From Gammaproteobacteria bacterium (lineage in GTDB: Bacteria; Pseudomonadota; Gammaproteobacteria; SZUA-152), in assembly GCA_022627515.1 (NCBI GenBank), contig JAKEGK010000053.1:1-59941 (forward strand): 59,941 nucleotides of DNA, in the 5' to 3' direction. Both the position numbers and the translations under genes were made by a program. Below, in pieces: positions 26,556 through 38,488 of the stretch. The notes beneath the pieces are model-generated. The model did not search any database and was not told where the DNA came from. It was given only the letters and a program-made list of their open reading frames with translations. Positions within the stretch are counted from its first letter, which is position 1. Each line of letters opens with the position of its first letter.

Positions 26556-27832
26556 GGATTATCCGCCCCGGCGGCAAAGCGTGTGAATTGCGCCAGCGTC
26601 AGGGCGTTTTGGCGGCTTGCCACACTTTCCTGCTTCTGCGTCTCCAGCCATGAGCGTAGCTCTCGCAAGGAAGCGCTAATATCAGGCAATGGCGGCTGTA
26701 ATTCCACTTGCTTGAGGTTCCCAGCCATTTGCAACAGATTGATAACCGTCACGGATTCCCTGTCAAAATAATTACCAACCCATTTTTCAACATCCTCAAG
26801 ATTGGTGCGAAAAAGCGCTGTATCCTGATTCAATAACGAAACACGCGCCTGCTCGAGTTTGAGTTCCAGATTATAAACGAGGTAAAGTTTTTCCTCGGGC
26901 GGCAGTAATGGTTCGATGGGCTGACTACTGCGCTGAACTTTGAATAAACCGTCCACCAGATCACGCCATACGGTTTTCAGGAAATTGCCAACACCTTTAA
27001 ATTCTTTTTCGGATTCAGATGTGGGTTCAGATTCCAGGGCGAGAATTTTTTTCTCGAATGGTAATTGATGCACGCCTTCTATCACACTGCGCAGTTGCGC
27101 CGTCATGCCGGGAATATCCGGCAGTAGCACATTATTAAGCAGGTTGATCTCTTGAGAAATTTTTTCCCGTACCGGAATCAATGCCGGGTCGGCAATAATG
27201 CGCAGGCGGTTGTCGGCATCCTGCAGCGCGGTTTTTGCAGTGAGAACATCGCGCTCCAGCACCAGGCGGTGATTAGCCACCGTCAATAAATACTCCACTT
27301 CCGATACGCGCCAAAACAACGGTTCTTTTCCTTTGACCGCAGCCAGGGATTTTATCTGCTGGGACATTTGCTCCACCGTGCCGAGCAGAGTCCGCCGCCC
27401 CATTTCAGTCTGGTCAACTTGTGACGTGAGTGATTTATACCCGTTCTGCATTTCCGTCACATTTTTTTCAATGGCATCGATCTGTTCGCCCTGGGAAGAT
27501 TGTTGTCCGGCGACGCGCTCTATAATTTGTTTTAGTTGTTGTCCCTGCTGGTATTGCCAATAATTGCCCAGACCCAGGCCAATAATCAGTACCACGGCGA
27601 ATATGGCTGCCCAGGGAACGGCTCTTTTTTTAGGATGCTGAGCAGCCTTTTTGCGAGGTGTTTTGGAATTCCTTTCATCGTGCGCTGACAAAGATGAGGA
27701 TTCTGCGTTTGTGTTATTCATTTCAACATTTTGGTTTTCAGTTTTAATGACTGATGTCTCCGCAGGCCCGGAATCGGTTGATGTTGTTGATTTGGTGTCA
27801 GTACTTTGTCCGCCGCTTTTGCTATTACTCAT
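26552..27832 (-). CDS. hemX: HemX-family membrane protein (so-called uroporphyrinogen-III C-methyltransferase)
   Basis: Low-complexity N-terminus, one TM segment and a coiled-coil body. It overlaps the hemY start by 4 nt (ATGA) and follows hemD. Confidence 0.8.
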   Translation of the reverse strand: MSNSKSGGQSTDTKSTTSTDSGPAETSVIKTENQNVEMNNTNAESSSLSAHDERNSKTPRKKAAQHPKKRAVPWAAIFAVVLIIGLGLGNYWQYQQGQQLKQIIERVAGQQSSQGEQIDAIEKNVTEMQNGYKSLTSQVDQTEMGRRTLLGTVEQMSQQIKSLAAVKGKEPLFWRVSEVEYLLTVANHRLVLERDVLTAKTALQDADNRLRIIADPALIPVREKISQEINLLNNVLLPDIPGMTAQLRSVIEGVHQLPFEKKILALESEPTSESEKEFKGVGNFLKTVWRDLVDGLFKVQRSSQPIEPLLPPEEKLYLVYNLELKLEQARVSLLNQDTALFRTNLEDVEKWVGNYFDRESVTVINLLQMAGNLKQVELQPPLPDISASLRELRSWLETQKQESVASRQNALTLAQFTRFAAGADNP

Positions 27833-27849
27833 GAACTGGATACCTACTT

Positions 27850-28638
27850 TTAACCAATCCTGGAAATGTGTAATCGCCAGTTTATAACAGCCCGCACCAT
27901 CTCTTCATCGCCCGGTTTCTCCGCGATAATCGCAGGCAATTTGAAACCCAACGCCTTGGCCAAAAGCTGGGCGCGCTCACTGACCACTATTATAGGTAAC
28001 GCCAACAAGGCTGAACGGGCCGGGCCTTCCACTAAATCATGAAGATTTTGCAGGCTTTCGCAACTGGTGACCGTTACAATATTGATATCACCCTGGGACA
28101 GATGTCTGGCTAATTCATTGGGATCAAGTTCGGGTTTTTCCCGGAGGTAGCATTCGGCGTATTCAACCTTTGCGCCCCGTTCACGCAAAACTTCGGCCAG
28201 CTGTTCACGCCCTCCTTCGCCCCGATAGATAACAATGCGCTTCCCTGCAACCAATTGCATTTCTTCCATAGCCAGCAAGGCTTCACTATTAAATTGTTGT
28301 GGCGGAAAAATATCGGTTTTTACTCCATGTTTTGCCAATTGCCGGGCGCTGCCTTTTCCAACAGCGGCAACTTTGATATTGGCCGGCAATCCGCCCTGCT
28401 CCCCGATGACCTTCATGCCCCAGTCGACGGCATTGGGGCTGATAAAAATCACCATATCAAAATCAGCCAGGCGCTTCGTAATATTTTTCAAGACTTCCGG
28501 ATCACGCGGACCGATAATCGAAAGCAGGGGGAAACGTAAAGCCGACCCGCCCTGCGACCGAATCAACTGGCATAAATGATCAGCCTGGTGGGCCGGACGT
28601 GTTACAAGGACTGTCACACCGTTCAAAGGTTTAACCAC
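27850..28638 (-). CDS. hemD: Uroporphyrinogen-III synthase
   Basis: HEM4-type sequence ([13 protein letters not shown]...). The start is taken at GTG 28638, overlapping the hemC stop codon (28631-28633). Confidence 0.85.
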   Translation of the reverse strand: MVKPLNGVTVLVTRPAHQADHLCQLIRSQGGSALRFPLLSIIGPRDPEVLKNITKRLADFDMVIFISPNAVDWGMKVIGEQGGLPANIKVAAVGKGSARQLAKHGVKTDIFPPQQFNSEALLAMEEMQLVAGKRIVIYRGEGGREQLAEVLRERGAKVEYAECYLREKPELDPNELARHLSQGDINIVTVTSCESLQNLHDLVEGPARSALLALPIIVVSERAQLLAKALGFKLPAIIAEKPGDEEMVRAVINWRLHISRIG

Positions 28639-29560
28639 CGGAATAAACTTCTTGCAGGATTTCCCTGGCGCCACGGGACAACAAATCATCTGCCAGCATA
28701 ATGCCAAGCTGCTCCGCGTTTTTCGCCGAACCCTCTATCTGACCACGCACCACTTGCTTACCGTCTGGCCGTCCGACCAGGCCGCGCATTTTAATCTGCC
28801 CGTACTGTAATTCAGCGTACCCTGCAATGGGAACCTGACAACCACCCTCAAGCCGCTGATTCATGGCGCGCTCGGCCAAAACGCAAGTTCTGGTTTCGTC
28901 ATGATTGAGCGGCGCAATAAGCTTATTGATCCGCGCATCGTCGATGCGGCATTCAATGCCGACCGCGCCCTGGCCAACGGCAGGCAGACTGATATCAATT
29001 GAGAGATACTGGCGTATGCGTTCTTTGAATCCCAGCCGTATCAGTCCGGCGCTTGCCAGAATGATGGCATCGTATTCAGAATGATCCAGTTTACTGAGCC
29101 GTGTATTGACGTTACCGCGCAAGTCCTTGATCTGCAGATCGGGACGCCAGGCCCTCAATTGGCATTGCCGCCGCAGGCTTGACGTTCCAACAATGGCTCC
29201 ATGAGGCAACGCTTTGATATCGGCATACTCATTGGACACAAACGCGTCACGCGGATCTTCGCGCTGACAAATTACACCCAGGTGCAATCCTTCGGGAAAA
29301 TCCACAGGCACATCCTTCATGGAATGCACCGCAATGTCTGCGTCGCCCTGCAACAAGCCAACTTCCAGTTCTTTCACAAACAAACCTTTGCCACCGACTT
29401 TGGCCAAGGGTGTATCAAGGATTTTGTCACCCTGGGTAACCATTTTGACCAATTCCACTTTGATGCCAGGATGTGTGGCTATCAGGCAGGATCTCACATA
29501 TTCCGCCTGCCATAGGGCCAAAGGACTGCGCCGGGTGGCGATTCGAACGATTTCTGTCAT
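28631..29560 (-). CDS. hemC: Porphobilinogen deaminase (hydroxymethylbilane synthase)
   Basis: [22 protein letters not shown]..., the canonical HemC N-terminus, plus the cofactor Cys region EGGCQVPIA. The start is taken at ATG 29560. Confidence 0.94.
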   Translation of the reverse strand: MTEIVRIATRRSPLALWQAEYVRSCLIATHPGIKVELVKMVTQGDKILDTPLAKVGGKGLFVKELEVGLLQGDADIAVHSMKDVPVDFPEGLHLGVICQREDPRDAFVSNEYADIKALPHGAIVGTSSLRRQCQLRAWRPDLQIKDLRGNVNTRLSKLDHSEYDAIILASAGLIRLGFKERIRQYLSIDISLPAVGQGAVGIECRIDDARINKLIAPLNHDETRTCVLAERAMNQRLEGGCQVPIAGYAELQYGQIKMRGLVGRPDGKQVVRGQIEGSAKNAEQLGIMLADDLLSRGAREILQEVYSGG

Positions 29561-29742
29561 TATAAAGGCGCTCTTCTTAAACAAAATGCCAATGCTATGC
29601 GTTGCTAATAGCTTAGGCAACTTTAACGTAATTTTTTGCTAATAATTGCTTAATACCTAAACATAATTCTGTTAGAATCTGCCGCCCTTGTTGAAGTAGA
29701 TAATGTATTCTGTAATTGTGAGATAGAGCTGAAGGAAATTCT

Positions 29743-30753
29743 ATGCATACCGGTGAAACCATTACCCAATTTATTATTGAAGAACAACGCCGTTGTGTTT
29801 CCGCATCCGGCGAATTTACCGCCTTACTAAACGATGTTGTAACGGCGTGCAAGGCAATATCCGCAGCGGTTAATCAGGGTGCCCTGGTAGGTATACTGGG
29901 AACAGCCGGCAGCGAAAATGTACAAGGTGAGACGCAAAAAAAACTCGATGTGCTTTCTAATGAGATTTTTATCAACGCCAATAAATGGGGTGGTCACCTG
30001 GCGGCGATGGCGTCCGAAGAGATGGACGATATTTATCATATTCCTCCGCAGTATCCCAAAGGAAAGTATCTTCTGACTTTTGATCCTCTGGATGGGTCAT
30101 CCAATATTGATGTGAACCTGTCAGTGGGCAGTATTTTTTCCATACTGCGTTGTCCCGAAGGTGTAGCTAATCCCGTGGCAAAAGATTTTTTACAGCCGGG
30201 TGTCCAGCAGGTCTGTGGCGGCTTTACACTTTACGGACCTTGCACCATGCTGGTTCTGACAACAGGAAATGGCGTCAACGGTTTTACTTTGGATCATAAC
30301 ATTGGTGAATTTATCCTCACCCATCCTAATATGACCATTCCAGCTGACACCTCTGAGTTTGCGATTAATATGTCCAACCAGCGTTTTTGGGAAGCACCAG
30401 TTAAGCGCTATATTGATGAGTGCCTGGCTGGTAAAACCGGTCCCCGCAAAAAAGACTTCAATATGCGTTGGGTTGCTTCCATGGTGGCAGAGGTGTATCG
30501 AATCCTGACGCGTGGTGGCATTTTTATGTATCCCAAAGATATCAAGGACCCCAGCAAACCCGGCAAACTGCGCTTGATGTATGAAGCCAATCCCATGTCG
30601 TTTATTGTCGAACAGGCGGGGGGTATGAGTACTACCGGGCTTGCTCGTATTATGGAACTCCAACCGGAAGGGCTGCACCAACGGGTACCGGTAATCCTCG
30701 GATCACGCAATGAAGTAGAACGGGTGGTGGAATACCACAAGAAATCCAGTTAA
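29743..30753 (+). CDS. fbp: Fructose-1,6-bisphosphatase class 1
   Basis: 336 aa with [13 protein letters not shown] and the GGIFMYP...[11 protein letters not shown] motifs. Confidence 0.94.
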   Translation: MHTGETITQFIIEEQRRCVSASGEFTALLNDVVTACKAISAAVNQGALVGILGTAGSENVQGETQKKLDVLSNEIFINANKWGGHLAAMASEEMDDIYHIPPQYPKGKYLLTFDPLDGSSNIDVNLSVGSIFSILRCPEGVANPVAKDFLQPGVQQVCGGFTLYGPCTMLVLTTGNGVNGFTLDHNIGEFILTHPNMTIPADTSEFAINMSNQRFWEAPVKRYIDECLAGKTGPRKKDFNMRWVASMVAEVYRILTRGGIFMYPKDIKDPSKPGKLRLMYEANPMSFIVEQAGGMSTTGLARIMELQPEGLHQRVPVILGSRNEVERVVEYHKKSS

Positions 30754-30813
30754 GTTAAAGGCGAAGCAGCACTAGGAATGATCAATAAATAACCATACTT
30801 AGTGCTGTAACCA

Positions 30814-33243
<2,430 letters not shown>

Positions 33244-33456
33244 TCAAACGGGAGATGAAAGAAAAAATGACACTGCCAAAACGGTAGCGATCGCGCATTA
33301 TAAACTTAATTTCAACAATTTGCCGACTTTTTGGTAGCCTAGGATGGTATACGGTATAGGGCATGTTTCACGTGGAACAAATTTATTAAAACTCGACATT
33401 TATTAGATAAAAATTGCGAAATTTGGTTCTAAAGACTCACTAGCCAGTCAAATGCG

Positions 33457-34533
33457 TTATTCTATGGAACCATGTTCCACGTGAAACACTCTATGATGCG
33501 CATCTTTGAAACCGACTATTGGGAAACTGGTCAAATCTGTCGTTGTTATGAAGCTTTGTATAGGTAATGACGTAATTTCTTCAAACAGTATGCACATCAT
33601 TACGCGATCCAATTCTGCCGGTAAATCGTCGACCAGTAATATGGGATCACTTCCGGAGCCAGAATCTAGCAATTGCTGCGTTTGTGCAACTTTCAATAGG
33701 GCGGTGACTAGTTTTTGCTGCCCTCGGGAAATGATATCTTTTGCCTTAACATTCCCAAAAAAAATTTTTAGATCAGCCCTATGGGGGCCATAATGAGTGA
33801 ATCCTTTCTTCTTGTCGGATGCACGATTATCTCTAAGGACGTCTAATAATTTCGAACCTTCTGGCCAACCTTGATCTAGTGCTATCGTTATAGGGTGCAA
33901 TTCAGATATTTTAGAAAACAATTTATCGATATAAGGATAAAGACGTTGGATATAATCTAACCGGGCCTCATTGACATGTTGAGATATGTCACATAGTGCA
34001 TCATCCCATAATGCTAGCTCGTTTAAACTTACATTGTGTCGAAGCGCTGCGTTGCGTTGTTTCAATATGTGAGTACATTGCCGCCACATCGTAAGGTAAT
34101 TTGGTTTCACGTGGAACACGCCCCATTCTATAAAACGCCTTCGATACCTTGACCCATCCTCCATCATTTTATGAACATCAGGATTGATCAATTGTACTGG
34201 TAGTATTTCTGCCAATTTTGAGGAGTTACTGATTGGGTGGTTACCGATTTTAATTTTTATTTGTTTTTTTTCCCTGGAAATGCCCACTCCTACTGCTACA
34301 CCAGCTTTTTTTATTCTGGAATATAAAGTAAATTTTTTCGCCCCCATACTGATAAGCAAATTACTTTGGGCTGTACGAAACGAGCGTGCCGTACCTAAGT
34401 GATAAATCGCTTCCAAGAAACTAGTTTTACCGCTTCCATTTTTACCTACGACAAGATTTATATGAGGGGAAGGGCACAACCGAACATGTGTAAGATTGCG
34501 AAAATTATCGATCGCTATTTCTTCAATGGCCAT
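33457..34533 (-). CDS. recF: DNA replication and repair protein RecF
   Basis: Walker A GKNGSGKTS, signature SRGQQK, Walker B LLVDDLPAELD. It sits in the conserved dnaA-dnaN-recF-gyrB order. Confidence 0.94.
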   Translation of the reverse strand: MAIEEIAIDNFRNLTHVRLCPSPHINLVVGKNGSGKTSFLEAIYHLGTARSFRTAQSNLLISMGAKKFTLYSRIKKAGVAVGVGISREKKQIKIKIGNHPISNSSKLAEILPVQLINPDVHKMMEDGSRYRRRFIEWGVFHVKPNYLTMWRQCTHILKQRNAALRHNVSLNELALWDDALCDISQHVNEARLDYIQRLYPYIDKLFSKISELHPITIALDQGWPEGSKLLDVLRDNRASDKKKGFTHYGPHRADLKIFFGNVKAKDIISRGQQKLVTALLKVAQTQQLLDSGSGSDPILLVDDLPAELDRVMMCILFEEITSLPIQSFITTTDLTSFPIVGFKDAHHRVFHVEHGSIE

Positions 34534-34584
34534 GCATCTTCATATTGTGTAAAACTGCGATTTGGCGTTGTTTAGACTTTAAAT

Positions 34585-35694
34585 TTAAAGCCGCATAGGC
34601 ATCACAACATATTTACATCCTACGTTCTCATTCACAGGTAATATCAAACAACTGCTGTTGGGATCAGCGTAGATCATTTTCACAGATTCGCCGGGAATCG
34701 CTGCCAACGCTTCCATCAAATAATTGACATTAAAACCTATCTCCAAATTATCACCCTGATATGAGACCTCGACTTCTTCCTCCGCCTCTTCCATTTCCGG
34801 ATTGTGTGCTTGAGCCTGTAGCAAACCTGGTTGTAATCGGATACGTATACCGCGGTATTTTTCATTTGATAAAATTGACGTACGCACTAATGCAGACCTT
34901 AGTAATTCACGATTGGTAATAACCTCCTTGTTGCCGTGCTTTGGAATAACTCTTTCGTAATCCGGAAACTGCCCATCCACCAGCTTTGATGTAAATTGAA
35001 CATTTGGTAAATTAACTCGTATATGGTTGGTGCCTATAATTACCTCAGCTAATGTTTCTGAGTCTTCCAACAACTTGGCCAGTTCCACTACACCTTTACG
35101 CGGCAAAATCACCTGTATGCGTGATTTTGGTGCTACATCTACATCTCGTTCACAATAAGACAAACGGTGCCCATCAGTGGCTACCGCTTTAATAACCTGA
35201 TCTGACACTTCAAGCAGCAATCCATTCAAATAAAACCGTACGTCTTGTTGCGCCATAGAGAATTGAGTTTTCTCGATCAAATTTTTCAGTACACTTTGGG
35301 GTATTGTAAAGTTTGTCTGTCCTTTAACTTCTTCAATGTTAGGAAAATCAGTTGCTGGTAACGTGGCCAAATTAAAACGGCTCCTTCCTGAACGAATAAC
35401 AACACGATCTTTTTCTGCGTCCAGCCACACATCAACTTTCGAGTCTTCCGGGAGCGCCCTACAAATATCAACAAATTTTCTTGCTGGCAGCGTTATTAAT
35501 CCCTTTTCACTGATATCTAACTGCACACTGGCAACAATTTCGACTTCCAGATCTGTCGCTGTAAAACTCAGAGTATTATCTTTTGCTTCGATTAACACAT
35601 TGGATAACACCGGCAGTGTCTGGCGTTTTTCAACAACACCAATGACAAACTGAAGCGGCTTTAAAATATTCTCGCGTTGTACGGTAAATCTCAT
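34585..35694 (-). CDS. dnaN: DNA polymerase III beta sliding clamp
   Basis: MRFTVQRENILKPLQFVIGVVEKRQTLPVLSNVL..., canonical DnaN, 369 aa. Confidence 0.96.
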   Translation of the reverse strand: MRFTVQRENILKPLQFVIGVVEKRQTLPVLSNVLIEAKDNTLSFTATDLEVEIVASVQLDISEKGLITLPARKFVDICRALPEDSKVDVWLDAEKDRVVIRSGRSRFNLATLPATDFPNIEEVKGQTNFTIPQSVLKNLIEKTQFSMAQQDVRFYLNGLLLEVSDQVIKAVATDGHRLSYCERDVDVAPKSRIQVILPRKGVVELAKLLEDSETLAEVIIGTNHIRVNLPNVQFTSKLVDGQFPDYERVIPKHGNKEVITNRELLRSALVRTSILSNEKYRGIRIRLQPGLLQAQAHNPEMEEAEEEVEVSYQGDNLEIGFNVNYLMEALAAIPGESVKMIYADPNSSCLILPVNENVGCKYVVMPMRL

Positions 35695-35699
35695 ACATC

Positions 35700-35925
35700 C
35701 AGTCCCTGTAGAAGTTTATTATTTAAATAATGTGTATATAAAATCTATTATTACTATTGTTAAGCTACAGTCATTCTGTGGATAAATATATTTTTATTAT
35801 ATTTTTCAATAAGTTACATACTGACAAAAAGACGGTATAAGTACATTACAACGTTCTTACAATTTGTGGGTAACTTGTGAATGATTTGAGTGCATTCAAT
35901 TTTCTTAGTTTTATCCACAGATTAA
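35700..35925. promoter_or_regulatory. DnaA-box cluster plus very AT-rich tract in the dnaA-dnaN spacer (candidate oriC/DUE or dnaN control region)
   Basis: Perfect 9-mers are TGTGGATAA at 35777-35785 and TTATCCACA at 35911-35919. Near-matches are TGTGGGTAA at 35865-35873 and TGTGAATGA at 35877-35885. The surrounding stretch at about 35700-35830 is almost pure A/T. Confidence 0.5.
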
Positions 35926-35930
35926 ACACA

Positions 35931-37310
35931 TCAGGATGACAATGTTCTTAACAGGTTGGAATGATCTTCCTTAATGCGGCTATCGCTAATTTTAAGACTG
36001 TCAATTTTTCTGCATGCATGAAGCACAGTTGTGTGATCTCTTCCCCCAAATGCATCACCGATCTCCGGTAGGCTATGGTTGGTAAGCTCCTTTGCCAGCG
36101 CCATTGCAAGTTGACGCGGCCTTGCCAGAGACCGGTTCCGTTTCTTGGAAAGCAATTCATTCACCCGGATTTTGTAATATTCCGCCACGGTTTTCTGGAT
36201 GTTTTCAATGGTAACCAGTTTATCCTGTAAGGCCAATAAATCACGCAATGCTTCCTTGGCAAAATCCAGCGTGATGTTTTGACCGGTGAACTTGGCATTG
36301 GCGATCACTCGGCGCAGAGCCCCTTCCAGCTCACGGATATTGGATCGTATACGTTTGGCAATAAAAAAGGCGACCTCCTGGGGCAGATCGATACGGATTT
36401 GTTGAGCTTTACTCATCAGGATAGCCACTCGTGTTTCTAGTTCCGGCGGCTCGATCGCGACAGTGAGTCCCCAGCCAAAGCGGGATTTCAACCGTTCCTC
36501 CAGACCGGTAACCTCTTTCGGATAACGGTCACAGGTCAATATGACCTGCTGTTGTCCTTCCAGAAGGGCGTTGAAGGTATGAAAAAACTCTTCCTGTGAC
36601 CGTTCCTTACCGGCGAAGAATTGAATATCGTCGATCAACAGCGCATTGACAGACCGGTAGTAGCGCTTGAAGTCATTAATCGCGTTGTGCTGTAACGCTT
36701 TTACCATATCCTGTACAAAACGCTCCGAATGCAGATAGATCACCCGCGCATTCGGATCTCTGGCGATAATCTCGTTGCCGATTGCGTGCATGAGATGGGT
36801 TTTACCCAGGCCAACTCCACCTTGGATGAACAAAGGATTGTAAGTTTCCCCGGTATTGCCGGCTACCTGAAATGCTGCCGCTCGCGCTAACTGATTGGAT
36901 TTACCTTCTACGAAATTCTCAAATGTCAGGTTGGCATTTAGATTGGAATTATGAACGATGTCACTTGCGCGCCGTGGTTTTGGGATTTCATCCGGCGTAG
37001 CAATTGCTTTCGGTTTGGTTTGCAGTGCGCGTAAATCGTCCGTACTTGCGTTCGAAACACCTGCGGTGAGTTCGTCAGCGATTTCCAGGCTTACGCGTTG
37101 AGTTTGAAGACCGGGATTTTGATCGCCCAGAATCATGGTAATCCTATCCAGGAACCGGTTATTTACCCAGTCCAACACAAACTGGTTCGGAGCCAGTATC
37201 CGCAGGGTTCCCTTATCTTCGATGGCTTGCAGAGGCCTGATCCAGGTGTTAAATTGCTGGGCGGTCAGTTCGCCCTCCAAGCGGTCAAGACAAGTTTGCC
37301 AGGTCCCCAC
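35931..37310 (-). CDS. dnaA: Chromosomal replication initiator protein DnaA
   Basis: 459 aa with AAA+ Walker [11 protein letters not shown], sensor motifs, and the C-terminal DNA-binding helix ([11 protein letters not shown]). Confidence 0.97.
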   Translation of the reverse strand: MGTWQTCLDRLEGELTAQQFNTWIRPLQAIEDKGTLRILAPNQFVLDWVNNRFLDRITMILGDQNPGLQTQRVSLEIADELTAGVSNASTDDLRALQTKPKAIATPDEIPKPRRASDIVHNSNLNANLTFENFVEGKSNQLARAAAFQVAGNTGETYNPLFIQGGVGLGKTHLMHAIGNEIIARDPNARVIYLHSERFVQDMVKALQHNAINDFKRYYRSVNALLIDDIQFFAGKERSQEEFFHTFNALLEGQQQVILTCDRYPKEVTGLEERLKSRFGWGLTVAIEPPELETRVAILMSKAQQIRIDLPQEVAFFIAKRIRSNIRELEGALRRVIANAKFTGQNITLDFAKEALRDLLALQDKLVTIENIQKTVAEYYKIRVNELLSKKRNRSLARPRQLAMALAKELTNHSLPEIGDAFGGRDHTTVLHACRKIDSLKISDSRIKEDHSNLLRTLSS

Positions 37311-37461
37311 TGCAAATCCTCCCTTATGTGATGTGCTGTCGCTGTCTCTCTTAGCTTGCTAGCTAGTTTGTCAGTTTGTTCTATGTTGTGTAGCTTGCGG
37401 CTATGCAGCCATGCGGCGTATTCTGGTGAAAGACCGACGAGTCTACTCCCGAAAGTAAAAG

Positions 37462-37470
37462 TTATCCACA
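37462..37470. promoter_or_regulatory. Single perfect DnaA box upstream of dnaA (dnaA-rpmH spacer)
   Basis: TTATCCACA at 37462-37470, about 150 nt upstream of the dnaA start. This is consistent with dnaA autoregulation or with part of an origin. Confidence 0.45.
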
Positions 37471-37602
37471 CCCATAGCGAAAATTTTTCCCGGATTGTTG
37501 CTTGACGCCAGCGGGACATTCAAAGTATTCTACGCCGCTTTTATTAGGATTCTACGGACTATAATTCAGGCTACGCCTGCGAACTGAAAATATGGGAATG
37601 TT

Positions 37603-37737
37603 ATGAAAAGAACCTATCAACCCAGTAAGTTACATCGCCAGAGAACACACGGTTTCCGCGCCCGCATGAGCACCAAAGGAGGCCGCCGCGTTCTTAATGC
37701 GCGCCGGGCCAAGGGCCGTAAGCGGGTAAGCGTTTAG
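37603..37737 (+). CDS. rpmH: 50S ribosomal protein L34
   Basis: Below the ORF-track length cutoff. My translation is [44 protein letters not shown], the canonical L34. Confidence 0.96.
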   Translation: MKRTYQPSKLHRQRTHGFRARMSTKGGRRVLNARRAKGRKRVSV

Positions 37738-37899
37738 CGTGCCATTAAATGTTGCGGCTATTAAATAATCAGCGATAAAAAAAACTGACAGCCATGCACA
37801 AGGCTGCTTTGTGGTGCGTGCTGGACAAATACTCGATATTGCACCACCTGCATCAGATCATGATGCGTTCAGATAAATTGGACAGGCTGATAAAATTGC

Positions 37900-38274
37900 A
37901 TGGCTTCCAACTCATGCTTTACCCGCCAACACAGGCTGCTTCATAGTCGGGAATTCCAGCAAGTTTTTAATAATACTCAATATAAATCGGCTGATCAGTT
38001 ACTCACTTTACTAGCAGTATCCAATGAGTGTCATCAGGCGCGTTTGGGACTGGCGCTGTCAAAAAAACGAATTAAGACGGCAGTGGCCCGGAATCGTTTG
38101 AAGCGGCTGATACGGGAAAGTTTTCGCCGCCATCAGCATGAGTTACCTAATATCGATATTGTTGTCATTGGGCAAAACCGCGCAGCACAGGTATCTAATC
38201 AAGAGATATTTGATTGTTTGGATGTTCATTGGAAAAACTTGACGGCAAAATGCAAAAACTCCTCATCACAATGA
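37900..38274 (+). CDS. rnpA: Ribonuclease P protein component
   Basis: 124 aa with the RNR-type motif KKRIKTAVARNRLKRLIRESFR. It follows rpmH. Confidence 0.9.
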   Translation: MASNSCFTRQHRLLHSREFQQVFNNTQYKSADQLLTLLAVSNECHQARLGLALSKKRIKTAVARNRLKRLIRESFRRHQHELPNIDIVVIGQNRAAQVSNQEIFDCLDVHWKNLTAKCKNSSSQ

Positions 38275-38480
38275 TCAAAAGTTATCAGTACTTACTGAGT
38301 CCCTATTTGGGCACCCATTGCCGGTATTATCCGAGTTGTTCACATTACGCGCTAACGGCGGTAAAGGAACACGGAACCTTGAAAGGACTATCCCTGACAA
38401 TTCGCCGTGTATCCCGTTGTCATCCGTGGCATGAAGGAGGTTATGATCCGGTGCCGAACAATACCAATAAAAAAGACTGA
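38250..38480 (+). CDS. yidD: Membrane protein insertion efficiency factor YidD
   Basis: YQYLLSPYLGTHCRYYPSCSHYA...RCHPWHEGGYDPVP, canonical YidD. The start at ATG 38250 overlaps the 3' end of rnpA. Confidence 0.92.
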   Translation: MQKLLITMIKSYQYLLSPYLGTHCRYYPSCSHYALTAVKEHGTLKGLSLTIRRVSRCHPWHEGGYDPVPNNTNKKD

Positions 38481-38488
38481 GTGGTGCA

